NCBI GenBank assembly: GCA_043799385.1
Contig: JAZDNV010000006.1
Location: forward strand, 1-29,436
Length of the DNA stretch: 29,436 nt
Origin: Candidatus Aenigmatarchaeota archaeon
Lineage (GTDB): Archaea; Aenigmatarchaeota; Aenigmatarchaeia; GW2011-AR5
Direction of reading: 5' to 3'
The notes under the pieces are model-generated. The model was not told where the DNA came from and ran no database searches. It worked only from the letters and a program-made list of their open reading frames with translations. The first letter of the stretch is position 1, and every line of letters begins with the position of its first letter. The position numbers were made by a program, and so were the translations under genes. Shown here piece by piece: positions 7,365-16,673 of this stretch.

Positions 7365-9083
7365 TCCGAACGTGTCGTCCTTCTTTCGCTTGATCTCAAA
7401 GATCTCTTCGAGAACGGTTTTTTCGTGCTCAGTGAGAAGGTCCTCGTACTTCTTTAATTTCTGGTATTCGTCGTTGCTTATATCCGTGTAAAGAATGTCG
7501 CCCTCGTCCAACTGCCTTCCCATTACTATCTGGCCAACTATCGAGACTGCTACTTTATCGCCTATCTTTGCCTCATCGACGTCCTTGCCCTGGGACTGAA
7601 TCTGTTTGACACGACCGATCTTCTTGTCGTCCTTAAATAAATCTGCGCCTGGCTTAAGTATTCCTGCGATAATCTCGCATCCTGCTATCACTGGGTCGCT
7701 TGCTCGGAAAACGAGACCTGGAAGTATGCGGAACTTGCATGGTCTTGTTATTTCAGAAAGCTCTTCTTTTCTAAGTTCTTCGACCTTCCTTACTCGAAGC
7801 TTTTCATAATCCTCTATCAGTCGGTAGATGACGTCTGATGAAAGTATTTCCACACCCTTGTCTTTGGCACTGTCTCCAATCTCCTCTATCGGCTTGGCGT
7901 TAAAACCGATGACTACTCTTAGCAACGGGTCAACGTTTGCTTCGGCTCTAATAACTTCCTCTTTTGTTATCTGGCCGATAGTTGCCTGCTTGATAGGGTA
8001 ATCCTTGAAGATGTTTATCATTGCCTCCAAGCCGCCAATTGTGTCTGCTTTCAGTATCAAACCTGCGGTTTCTGTCTTTATTTCTATATCTTCTTTTTCG
8101 CTTTCCAGTTCTTTCAGCAAAGTTTTTGCTTCGTCCATGCTGTCGGCAGTCCTTACCTCGCATCCTGCGACGACGTCCTTTAGGTCAGGCGCCGATATCT
8201 TAACAACGCACGCCGCTTTGGCTTCTTCTATATTCGTGAATTTCTTTTCCAGGCGCATGTCCTTTAGCGGCGCCGGTACAAGCAGCGTGCGGATTCGCGT
8301 TATCATCGGCGGCTCTGATATAACGAGATAATCGTCCTTGCTTACCGTTCCGTCATAGACGATTACGTCTATTGTCGTACCTAAACCGACTAATTCCTTT
8401 GCTTCAAGTATCATGCCCTTTGACTCATGACCGGTTATCAGCTGCTGGCGCAAAAATTGCTGCGATAATCCCGTGAGCAAAGTCAATAGTTCTGCCAGGC
8501 CGTAACTGTTCTTCGCAGAAATAGGCACTATTGCAACGGTCTTCTTGAAATCAATTACCTTATCGTATCTTTCTGACTCGAAGCCGATTTCGCTCAGCTG
8601 AGCAACAACGTTGTAGAATTTTTCATCAAACAGCGACTTAGTTCTTTCGCTTTGCTCGTCATAGCTGCCAGGCAGCCAGCCCTGAATCCTGTCTATTTTA
8701 TTCAATGCGACAACGAAAGGCACGCGCGACTGCTTCAAGATACTAAGGCTTTCTTTGGTCTGGGGCATCAGGCCCTCGTTTATGTCTATGACTAATATTG
8801 CTAAATCTGCGATGCTACCGCCGCGGCTTCTCAGCGTTGTAAAGGCCTCATGGCCCGGCGTATCGATTAAAAGCAGGCCTGGAATCGATACGCTTATTTT
8901 GAATTTTTCTAGAAGCGTTCCGCAAAGATTTTCTATCGTATCAGCCGGTATGAACGTCGACGATATCGATTGAGTTATCTCGCCTGGCTCGCGAAGAACG
9001 ACAGCCGTGCCCCTAATGCTATCGAGCAAAGTCGTCTTTCCATGGTCTACGTGACCCAGCGTTACTATAATCGGCGAGCGCAT
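7356..9083 (-). CDS. infB: Translation initiation factor IF-2 (aIF5B)
   Basis: RSPI..LGHVDHGKTTLLD, GEITQ, IDTPGHEAF..LR.RGG, NKID, KADT.GGLEA. Confidence 0.96.
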   Translation of the reverse strand: MRSPIIVTLGHVDHGKTTLLDSIRGTAVVLREPGEITQSISSTFIPADTIENLCGTLLEKFKISVSIPGLLLIDTPGHEAFTTLRSRGGSIADLAILVIDINEGLMPQTKESLSILKQSRVPFVVALNKIDRIQGWLPGSYDEQSERTKSLFDEKFYNVVAQLSEIGFESERYDKVIDFKKTVAIVPISAKNSYGLAELLTLLTGLSQQFLRQQLITGHESKGMILEAKELVGLGTTIDVIVYDGTVSKDDYLVISEPPMITRIRTLLVPAPLKDMRLEKKFTNIEEAKAACVVKISAPDLKDVVAGCEVRTADSMDEAKTLLKELESEKEDIEIKTETAGLILKADTIGGLEAMINIFKDYPIKQATIGQITKEEVIRAEANVDPLLRVVIGFNAKPIEEIGDSAKDKGVEILSSDVIYRLIEDYEKLRVRKVEELRKEELSEITRPCKFRILPGLVFRASDPVIAGCEIIAGILKPGADLFKDDKKIGRVKQIQSQGKDVDEAKIGDKVAVSIVGQIVMGRQLDEGDILYTDISNDEYQKLKKYEDLLTEHEKTVLEEIFEIKRKKDDTFGLY

Positions 9084-9135
9084 AATACCACAGTAAGAAA
9101 TCTAACTAAAAAAGATTAAATAGCATCGACGCTGA

Positions 9136-9165
9136 CTAGCATTTTTTCTTTTTCTTCTTTGCCAT
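9136..9165 (-). CDS. Putative micropeptide MAKKKKKKC (9 aa)
   Basis: ATG GCA AAG AAG AAA AAG AAA AAA TGC TAG; GTGGT just upstream; upstream motif shared with the adjacent micro-ORF. Confidence 0.45.
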   Translation of the reverse strand: MAKKKKKKC

Positions 9166-9251
9166 ACCACACAACATAATTATTATGCCGCCAGAACTAA
9201 TAAAGATTTCCCAGAAAAGGGGAAATAAATATTAAAAACAAAAAATTTTAA

Positions 9252-9299
9252 CTAACAACAACAAGATTTCTTCTTTTTACTTACCTTTTTCTTTACCAT
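9252..9299 (-). CDS. Putative micropeptide MVKKKVSKKKKSCCC (15 aa)
   Basis: ATG GTA AAG AAA AAG GTA AGT AAA AAG AAG AAA TCT TGT TGT TGT TAG; shared upstream AATCTTTATTA..GCGG(C)ATAA motif; T-rich run downstream. Confidence 0.5.
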   Translation of the reverse strand: MVKKKVSKKKKSCCC

Positions 9300-9352
9300 A
9301 TCAATAACCTTATCCGCTCTGATTAATAAAGATTGGTGTCAATCTATTAATT

Positions 9353-9946
9353 ATGAGTAAGCGATGCCCGCACTGTCCTGGCGGGTTCGGCCTTAAATAT
9401 CCTCTTTTTCATGATGACTATTTCTGGATAGTATGCGATGCTCATCCGCTGACTGAAGGCCATATACTGGTTATACCAAAAGCGCATGTTCCATGCATGG
9501 CCGCGTTGGACAATAACGCCTTTGTTAAATTCAGGGAATTATACGAAAATGTATCGAACTTTTTAAACCGGGCTTACGGCAGAACGGCTGTATTCGAACA
9601 CGGTATTGCCGGTCAGTCTGTATTCCATGCGCATACTCATTTCCTGCCATTCGGCGGTTCAATTAACGAAATAATCCCAGAAAAATTAGCCAAAAGAATC
9701 TCAGATTTGGGTGAATTAAAAACAGAGTTCAATAAAGAGCATGAATATCTGTATTTTGCGATAGGTGACAACAAGCATCTAGTTGATACCAGAATAGCGT
9801 ACCCCAGATTCTTCAGGGAAAGGTTTGCAGAATCATTGGGCGTTGAAGAGCGTGGCAACTGGAAAAGAACTGAAAGTAATGCTGAATTAATGAGAGCCTT
9901 TGAGACGGAAATCCGCCAATTGAAAAACAAATGGTCGGGTAAATAA
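9353..9946 (+). CDS. HIT (histidine triad) family hydrolase
   Basis: N-terminal CPHC, PLTEGHILVIPK.H, FEHG..GQSVFHAHTHF. Confidence 0.8.
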   Translation: MSKRCPHCPGGFGLKYPLFHDDYFWIVCDAHPLTEGHILVIPKAHVPCMAALDNNAFVKFRELYENVSNFLNRAYGRTAVFEHGIAGQSVFHAHTHFLPFGGSINEIIPEKLAKRISDLGELKTEFNKEHEYLYFAIGDNKHLVDTRIAYPRFFRERFAESLGVEERGNWKRTESNAELMRAFETEIRQLKNKWSGK

Positions 9947-9979
9947 AAATTTTTAAGCTCAGGGGGTGATTATATACGC

Positions 9980-10111
9980 ATGAAAAAATGCCCTTATTTA
10001 TCCACGCGACTGGAATGCTTCGCGGGCGGATTCGGTACCTTGCACTGCATGACCGATCATCATGAGAATTGCGAACACAAAGCAAGACATGACAAGAGAA
10101 CTGCATCCTGA
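9980..10111 (+). CDS. Small Cys/His-rich hypothetical protein (43 aa), not in ORF track
   Basis: MKKCPYLSTRLECFAGGFGTLHCMTDHHENCEHKARHDKRTAS*; strong GGGGTGA SD at ~9963-9969; fills the gap between convergent genes. Confidence 0.6.
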   Translation: MKKCPYLSTRLECFAGGFGTLHCMTDHHENCEHKARHDKRTAS

Positions 10112-10113
10112 TT

Positions 10114-11075
10114 CTATACCAGCATCCATTGTAGTATGTTAAACACATAACCTGTCAGTATTATTGCAAAGGTTACTATAGCAAAGAAAATTGCAATCAG
10201 CTTAAGCTTCATGGCCCTTCTCAATATTATAGCTTCAGGCAGGCTCAGGGCAGCGACAGCCATCATAAAAGCCAGAGCAGTCCCCAGAGGTATACCTTTC
10301 TGGAAAAGAGCGACTGCAATCGGGACGATAGCCGCGCAGCTTCCATACATAGGAACGCCTATGAGCGTTGCTAATGGAACACTCAGGATTCCTGTGCTAT
10401 TTATGGCTCCCTGAATTAATTCATCCGGAACGTAGTTATGAATTATCGCTCCTATGCCGACGCCTATGACCACCCAAAACCATAATTTCCTTACAATGGA
10501 CACGGATTCATTAAGCCCAAACGATACCCTATCGATGATTTTATCATATTTTGCCCTTTGATTTACCTTTGTTCTTGAAGCAACGATATCCCTGACTAGA
10601 TACTTTTCAAGCCCCATCTTTCCTAAAACAATCCCGGATACAACACCTATTATTATGCCACTTATCACGTAGGCGAGAGTGATTTTCCAGCCAAAAATCC
10701 GAGCATCAGGACAACAAGATACTCGTTAATCAACGGCGAGGTTATCAGAAAGGAGAATGTCACTCCAAGCGGGACTCCTGCCTTGAGAAAGCTCAAAAAT
10801 ATTGGTATCGAAGAGCATGAACAGAACGGCGTTATAGCTCCAAACAACGATGCAAAAAGATTATTCAACCCATATCGTTTTTCACTGAGCCATTTCCTGA
10901 CCCTTTGCTCCGGCAGATATGTCCTGAGAAAACCGATAAAAGTTATCATGAAAAACAGAAGCAGTGTTATCTTTATAGAATCATACACAAAGAAGTTCAC
11001 AGTCTGGCCTAGCTTTGAAGCTGGGTCTAATCCGATAATATTGTACGTCAGCCAGTCAGCTATTATTTCCAGCAT
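10114..11075 (-). pseudogene. ArsP/DUF318-family permease split by a 1-nt frameshift (ORFs 10665-11075 and 10114-10668)
   Basis: [10 protein letters not shown] and LITSPLINE in the 5' half; GVPMY...[18 protein letters not shown] in the 3' half; adding one T to the T5 run (A5 at 10693-10697) gives continuous [16 protein letters not shown]. Confidence 0.8.
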
Positions 11076-11083
11076 TGCTCAGC

Positions 11084-11182
11084 TCACTTGCAGCAGCGAC
11101 ATGTTTTCTTTGATTTCTTCTCTATGTTTTTATCCAGCTTATCAAATAGTTTTTTAAAAAAACCTTTCCTGTTTTCAGACAT
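11084..11182 (-). CDS. Small basic protein with Cys-cluster tail (32 aa) upstream of the permease, not in ORF track
   Basis: MSENRKGFFKKLFDKLDKNIEKKSKKTCRCCK*; ends 8 nt before the permease start; GTGA upstream. Confidence 0.65.
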   Translation of the reverse strand: MSENRKGFFKKLFDKLDKNIEKKSKKTCRCCK

Positions 11183-11349
11183 TTTGAATCACATGAATTA
11201 ATCTTTAATTACTTTTAAAAACGTGTGTGTATACTTTCTATGGGGATTATAAATAACTGAACCAAAAAAAATATTTTGCAGAAATGCTCGCAAAAAATCT
11301 TTAAATATTTCACTGAAGTTATAACAATATTCAAATTCTAGTGATAAGG

Positions 11350-11967
11350 ATGGAACAAAAGAAGACTGGAACCACAACAGTTGGTTTGGTTTGCAAGGAT
11401 TGCGTTGTTTTGGCTTCGGAGTCCAAAAGTACTCTTGGCTACCTCGTGTCAGGCAAAGAAGCGGAAAAGGTATATCAGATAGCTGACCGCATGGTCGTCA
11501 CGACTGCAGGCGGTGTCGGCGACACGCAAACGATAATAAGAGTCCTTAGGGCAGAGATAAACCTGTACAAGCTTTCAAGGAATACGGATTTGACAACAAA
11601 GGCCGTATCAACGCTGCTGTCAAACATTTTGCAGTCAGCGCGCTACTATCCGTACATGGCGATGCTGATACTCGGCGGCGTTGACAAGGACGGCTACCAC
11701 ATATTCAGCATTGATCCTGTTGGCGGCGTGGAGAGCGATAAATACACGGCAACCGGTTCAGGTTCGCCTATTGCATACGGCGTCTTGGAGGATAATTACA
11801 AAGAAGGCATATCCAAAGATGAGGGCGTCCGCCTTGCTGTTAGGTCGATACGGTCCGCGCGCGAGCGGGACGTATTCTCTGGCGGAAAGTCGATCGTAGT
11901 TGCAACAATAAACGAGGATGGAGTGAACTTCGTTGACAAGGAAAAAATAAAAGAGATCATAGGTTAG
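11350..11967 (+). CDS. psmB: Proteasome subunit beta
   Basis: Short propeptide then KTG|TTTVG catalytic Thr; TAGGVGD, ATGSGS, RD..SG. Confidence 0.95.
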   Translation: MEQKKTGTTTVGLVCKDCVVLASESKSTLGYLVSGKEAEKVYQIADRMVVTTAGGVGDTQTIIRVLRAEINLYKLSRNTDLTTKAVSTLLSNILQSARYYPYMAMLILGGVDKDGYHIFSIDPVGGVESDKYTATGSGSPIAYGVLEDNYKEGISKDEGVRLAVRSIRSARERDVFSGGKSIVVATINEDGVNFVDKEKIKEIIG

Positions 11968-12041
11968 GTCATAGTTCTTGTTATATGGGTTTTTGAAAGA
12001 GAGTATATGATTTGTAGTTTTATGGTTCAACCGGTGACATT

Positions 12042-13904
12042 ATGACAATAATAGATGACATAAAGACAGATTTGCCGAAAAATGCGATGATAACCGATGT
12101 ATGCTATGAAGGCAGCGAGATAATATTCTACACAAAGAACCGCGAATTCTTCACAGACTCGACTGAATTAATAAAAAAGATAGTCAACAAAATAAAGAAA
12201 CGCATCGAGATTCGGGCGGACCCTTCAATTCTTCTTGACCAGGAAAAAACGACTGAAAAGATTCGTGCGACTGTCCCAAAAGAAGCTGGGATAAAGGATA
12301 TCTACTTCGAGCCGGAGTTCGCAAAGGTCGTTATACACGCAGAAAAGCCTGGACTGGTCATAGGCAAGAACGGTGACACGCTGATAGCGATAAAGGAGAA
12401 GACCTACTGGACGCCTGAAATAAAGCGGGCGCCTGTGATAGACTCAGAGCTGATTCGCGGCATCAGAAGAATGTTGCATGCCGAGACAGGATACAGAAAA
12501 AAATTCATGAACGAACTCGGCAAAAAAATCTATACGCCAGGCAAGGAAGTCGACTGGATACGGTTCACTGCATTAGGCGGTTTCCGCGAGGTCGGTCGCT
12601 CCTGCATACTACTGCAAACGCCGCAGAGCAAAGTGTTGATGGATTGCGGACTAAACGTCAGCGCGATATCAACAAAGCCTTTCCCGTATCTTGACGCGCC
12701 TGAATTCCATATACAGGATTTGGACGCGATAATCCTTTCGCACGCGCACCTGGACCACTGCGGTTTGATTCCTTATCTTTATGAATACGGCTATCGAGGA
12801 CCGCTGTACTGCACTAGGCCGACCAGAGATTTGATGGTACTACTGCAGCTGGATTACCTGCAAATCTGCCAAAGGGAAAACAAGAAGGCGCCCTACACAT
12901 CAAAAGGGATAGAAGAGATGATAAAGCACTGCATTCCTCTCGAGTATGGCGAGGTATCGGATATAACGTCTGACATGCGATTAACGCTGCAGAATGCCGG
13001 CCATCTCATGGGCTCGTCGAGTGTGCACGTGCACATAGGCGACGGTCTCTATAATGTTCTATACACAGGAGACATAAAATTCGAGAAAACAAAGCTCTTC
13101 GAACGAGCGTTCACAGACTACACCAGGGCAGAAACAGTTATCATAGAGTCAACCTACGGCGGAAACGAGGATTCTCTGCCGAGCCACAAGGACGGTGAAG
13201 ACTTTCTGTTAAACGAGGTAAAAAATGTTGTCGAGCGCGGTGGCCGCATATTGATACCGTCTTTTGCAGTCGGTAGAGCGCAGGATATAATAACTATTCT
13301 TGCTGACAGCGATATTGAAGTCCCTGTATACCTGGACGGCATGATATGGGACTCGACAGCCATACACACGGCTTACCCAGAGTTTATGGCAAAGAACGTG
13401 CAGACGCAGATACTGCATAAAGGCAAAAACCCGTTCATTGACCCGCGGATGAAATACATCGGCTCGCAGAAAGAGCGAGAAGAAGTCCTCAATAGCACTC
13501 ATCCAGCTGTCATTCTCGCAACGTCCGGCATGCTGATGGGCGGACCGGCGATGGAATACTTACATCATTTGGCAGGCGGCGAAAAAAACGAACTGCTATT
13601 CGTCGGCTACCAGGCAGAAGGCACGATGGGACGCAGAATACAGAAAGGTTGGAAGAACATCCAGGTGGAAAATGGAAAAACGCTCGAACTGAAACTGAGC
13701 ATCGCAACAGTCGAGGGCTTGTCTGGTCATTCGGATCAGAAGCAACTATTAGACTTCATCCAGCACCTGAAGACAAAGCCGAGAAAAATAGTCATCGACC
13801 ATGGCGAGAATACGAAATGCGTGGAGCTGGCAAGAACGATGCACCAAACGTTCAAGACAGAGACGAATACGCCCAAAGTTCTGGAAACAGTAAGGCTAAA
13901 GTAA
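12042..13904 (+). CDS. fttA: beta-CASP ribonuclease aCPSF1 (transcription termination factor FttA) with KH domains
   Basis: KPGLVIGK KH motif, LGGFREVGRS, SHAHLDH, NAGH..GS, IESTYG, GYQAEGT.GR, SGHSD, HGE. Confidence 0.95.
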   Translation: MTIIDDIKTDLPKNAMITDVCYEGSEIIFYTKNREFFTDSTELIKKIVNKIKKRIEIRADPSILLDQEKTTEKIRATVPKEAGIKDIYFEPEFAKVVIHAEKPGLVIGKNGDTLIAIKEKTYWTPEIKRAPVIDSELIRGIRRMLHAETGYRKKFMNELGKKIYTPGKEVDWIRFTALGGFREVGRSCILLQTPQSKVLMDCGLNVSAISTKPFPYLDAPEFHIQDLDAIILSHAHLDHCGLIPYLYEYGYRGPLYCTRPTRDLMVLLQLDYLQICQRENKKAPYTSKGIEEMIKHCIPLEYGEVSDITSDMRLTLQNAGHLMGSSSVHVHIGDGLYNVLYTGDIKFEKTKLFERAFTDYTRAETVIIESTYGGNEDSLPSHKDGEDFLLNEVKNVVERGGRILIPSFAVGRAQDIITILADSDIEVPVYLDGMIWDSTAIHTAYPEFMAKNVQTQILHKGKNPFIDPRMKYIGSQKEREEVLNSTHPAVILATSGMLMGGPAMEYLHHLAGGEKNELLFVGYQAEGTMGRRIQKGWKNIQVENGKTLELKLSIATVEGLSGHSDQKQLLDFIQHLKTKPRKIVIDHGENTKCVELARTMHQTFKTETNTPKVLETVRLK

Positions 13905-13956
13905 ACCATTTTCTGTGGTTTTAAAGTTTAAATAATTAATCAGATAGGTTGCTGTT

Positions 13957-14139
13957 ATGGTAGTCGGTTACGGTAAAAAGATAAGAAAAGAAGTCAGGGA
14001 AGCGGAGAGAAAGTCAAAGAAGCTGTACAAATGCCCAAAATGCTCGCGAACTGCTGTAAAACGTCTTTCACCGGCAATATGGGAATGCAAGAAGTGCAAG
14101 GCGAAATTCGCGTCCGGCACATACGAATTTAAGGAGTGA
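13957..14139 (+). CDS. rpl37ae: 50S ribosomal protein L37Ae (short N-terminus)
   Basis: YG.KIRK, CPKC..VKR...IWECKKC..KFA.G.Y. Confidence 0.9.
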   Translation: MVVGYGKKIRKEVREAERKSKKLYKCPKCSRTAVKRLSPAIWECKKCKAKFASGTYEFKE

Positions 14140-14188
14140 CCCCATTAGTTAATATTCGGAAGGTTAACATCTGGAAGTGTGGTTGATT

Positions 14189-14317
14189 ATGAATTGCAAA
14201 TGCCTTAATTGTAAAAAGGAGTTTGAAATTGACGATAAAATAAGGTGCCCTTTCTGCGGTTTCAGGATACTCGCAAAGCCAAGGGCCACTTTCAAGAAGA
14301 GGATTCGATCTCTATGA
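14189..14317 (+). CDS. rpoP: DNA-directed RNA polymerase subunit P (Rpo12), not in ORF track
   Basis: MNCKCLNCKKEFEIDDKIRCPFCGFRILAKPRATFKKRIRSL*; IRCP.CG.RIL.K.R motif; canonical position after rpl37ae. Confidence 0.92.
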   Translation: MNCKCLNCKKEFEIDDKIRCPFCGFRILAKPRATFKKRIRSL

Positions 14318-14649
14318 GCGAGCTAGAGGATTTATTGAATCAATTGCAGATGCAGAACCAGCAGCTGCAGGCAACAATAATGCAGAAACAGAGTTTATTC
14401 ATACAGGGCAAAGAGATAGAAAAAGCATTAGAAGAGCTGGAAAAATGCGGCGATGAGATATACAAATCCGTAGGTCCAATACTCGTGAAGACGGAAAAGA
14501 AAGATATAAAAATTGAATTAACTGAAAATAAGGAAGAGATTGATATTAAATTAAAGGCTATTGAAAAACAGGAAAAGAGGTTAAGGGAAAAGATGGCTGA
14601 AAGCCAGGGAAAATTCCAGCAGATGATTCCTAAAGGCGAGGGTGGGTAA
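14314..14649 (+). CDS. pfdB: Prefoldin subunit beta
   Basis: Q-rich coiled coil with ALEEL....IYKSVG.ILV; ATGA overlap with the rpoP stop. Confidence 0.9.
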   Translation: MSELEDLLNQLQMQNQQLQATIMQKQSLFIQGKEIEKALEELEKCGDEIYKSVGPILVKTEKKDIKIELTENKEEIDIKLKAIEKQEKRLREKMAESQGKFQQMIPKGEGG

Positions 14650-14672
14650 TAATAATGATGAAAGTGATCGTT

Positions 14673-14921
14673 ATGGAAATGAGTGCAATGAACAGGTTGC
14701 TCGACGAAATAAACGAGGACAGGACCGTTCCAAGAAACGTAAGAAACTCGATACAAATAGCCAAGAGTGACTTGAACAACGATAAGATGGACAGCAAGAT
14801 AAAGATAAACAACGCCATATCCATTCTGGACGAAGTCTCAAATGACCCGAACATACCAGCGTACACGAGAACGCAGATATGGAATATTGTTTCTATGCTT
14901 GAGACAATGAACAAAGATTAG
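14673..14921 (+). CDS. UPF0147 family protein
   Basis: D.TVPRNVR, AISILDEVSNDPNIP..TRT.IW.IVS.LE. Confidence 0.9.
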   Translation: MEMSAMNRLLDEINEDRTVPRNVRNSIQIAKSDLNNDKMDSKIKINNAISILDEVSNDPNIPAYTRTQIWNIVSMLETMNKD

Positions 14922-14942
14922 GAATTTAAGTTTGCGAGTGCA

Positions 14943-15275
14943 ATGATAATCATGTTTGGAAAGAAACCTGAAGAATACGTTGAACTTGGCTTGGACGGGG
15001 AGGAGAAACCGTTGGATAAGATTTTGCTAGAAGTAGATAAGATGACGTCCTACGAAGATTCAGAGCGAATACAGAGAAAAGTTCGCGACGGCACGATTCT
15101 GCTCGTTAAGGTCAAGGACCTGAAAGAAAAGGACATGGCAGAGCTTAGGCGTGCGTTGGAGCGCGTGAAGAAGACTTGCATGGCAATCGAGGGCGACATC
15201 GCCGGCATAGGCGACGACTGGGTTGTCGTGGCGCCGAAGGTAGCGAAAATCCACCGCGAAAAGTTAGAGGAATAG
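14943..15275 (+). CDS. sepF: Cell division protein SepF (archaeal type)
   Basis: VR.G.ILL, ELRRA...K......GDIAG....WVVV.P....I.R. Confidence 0.85.
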   Translation: MIIMFGKKPEEYVELGLDGEEKPLDKILLEVDKMTSYEDSERIQRKVRDGTILLVKVKDLKEKDMAELRRALERVKKTCMAIEGDIAGIGDDWVVVAPKVAKIHREKLEE

Positions 15276-15306
15276 ACTGATTTGTTTTTGGTTGATTAAA
15301 AATCCA

Positions 15307-16635
15307 TCAGAAGTACTTAGCTTTCAGGAAAATGGAAATGTTCTTGTTCTTCCTGACGAATTTCCAGAAATCATCGGATTCCAGAATCTTCGCTTTTACA
15401 AACTCTTTCGCTATGTTGTCAGGTATGCCAGCTGCAACGAGTTCCTTTGCTTTTTTGCCTATGAAGCTCTTCAGTAGCTGATGAGCCGTTTTGTAATCGC
15501 GGTCCTTTTCTGCGACCCATCTATCGCCTTCGACGGATGCTTTCTTGTATTTGCTCAGGAATTCCTTTGAGTGCTTCTCTGAAGATATAGGCGGACCGAC
15601 CATCTTTTTTATCACAGGCAGCTTCCATACCTCTGTTTCAAAGATTAGTGCCATCTCTTTTTCTGCGTATTCAAAATTTCTGATGATGATGAATTCGTTG
15701 TGCCTGAATAATGTTTCTAATCTAGCCATGGCGCGCCGCAGCTGCGGGTAGAGCGTATCGTCAATGACATCGGGCTTTTTCATCGTTATTGCAATGAATC
15801 GGGTTTCGCGGTTCTTGAGAATCTTTATCTCTCTTGCGCTTAACGGCGACATTTTTTTCGGGAAGAAGTAATCCTTGCTCGGTTTTTTCATGTATTCACG
15901 CGCTTTTTCAACGAATTTCATAAAATTCTCACAGCTCAAATTAGCGGCAACGTTTCTTTTTGAGTCAACTGGGTCTATTATAATAAGAGGCTGATCACTG
16001 AATTTTGCTGTACCGATTCCTTCAATATCGATTACCTTGCCTGGTTTCCATGCGCTTGCTGCATTGAGGACGTTTTCAAAAGAGCCGTACCTTATTATCA
16101 ACAATTCACAGATATAACCGGCAAAGCCCAAACGCTTGGCGTCGCTACCATAAACTGCGATTCCTTTGCAGAATTGCTTCAATAACCGCACATCATCGCG
16201 CAAATCAGGGTCCAATCGCTCTAGCACGTATTCTAGATGCAGCGGCGAACGATCGACCGCAGACTTAATCTTCTCGTTCTTCTTTATGTGGTAGCATGGA
16301 ACTATATCTACACTAAATCCGTTTATCTTCGCATGAACGTAGGGGTGCTCTGCGTACTTGATTACAAATTTTCCTTTCATTTCGTTTGCAAGCTTCTTGC
16401 CAAACGCTAAGCCTTTGTCTTCCAATTCTTGCCTCTCAACGTCAGGAAATAGCATGAACAAATCAACGTCATGGTCGCCGTGCAGCCATGTGAACTTGCC
16501 GATGCTTCCGACAACGACCGCATCGTAGCCGCTTATCGTCTTAGCTACCCGCACCATATCTCTTATGAAATCATTTGCAATCTTTTCCTCCCATTTCGTT
16601 GGCTTTATTTTCTTGAGCACGACATCGCGAAGCAT
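15307..16635 (-). CDS. cca: CCA-adding enzyme (archaeal class I)
   Basis: VGS..K.TWL.GD.DVDLF, YAEHPY, VDIVPCY, SAVDRSP.H, VRLLKQF.K...YG, GY.CELL, IDPVD..RNVAA. Confidence 0.95.
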   Translation of the reverse strand: MLRDVVLKKIKPTKWEEKIANDFIRDMVRVAKTISGYDAVVVGSIGKFTWLHGDHDVDLFMLFPDVERQELEDKGLAFGKKLANEMKGKFVIKYAEHPYVHAKINGFSVDIVPCYHIKKNEKIKSAVDRSPLHLEYVLERLDPDLRDDVRLLKQFCKGIAVYGSDAKRLGFAGYICELLIIRYGSFENVLNAASAWKPGKVIDIEGIGTAKFSDQPLIIIDPVDSKRNVAANLSCENFMKFVEKAREYMKKPSKDYFFPKKMSPLSAREIKILKNRETRFIAITMKKPDVIDDTLYPQLRRAMARLETLFRHNEFIIIRNFEYAEKEMALIFETEVWKLPVIKKMVGPPISSEKHSKEFLSKYKKASVEGDRWVAEKDRDYKTAHQLLKSFIGKKAKELVAAGIPDNIAKEFVKAKILESDDFWKFVRKNKNISIFLKAKYF

Positions 16636-16673
16636 AAATTAGATTTGTTTTCAGAAGATATAAAAGTGTAACC

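Noticed and set aside
10685..10705. Programmed -1 ribosomal frameshift in the permease
   Set aside because: A TTT TTG is not a canonical X XXY YYZ slippery heptamer and no downstream stimulatory structure was evident; an indel is the simpler explanation.
14245..14313. ORF-track extension of prefoldin beta
   Set aside because: It overlaps rpoP in another frame; the true start is the ATGA overlap at 14314.
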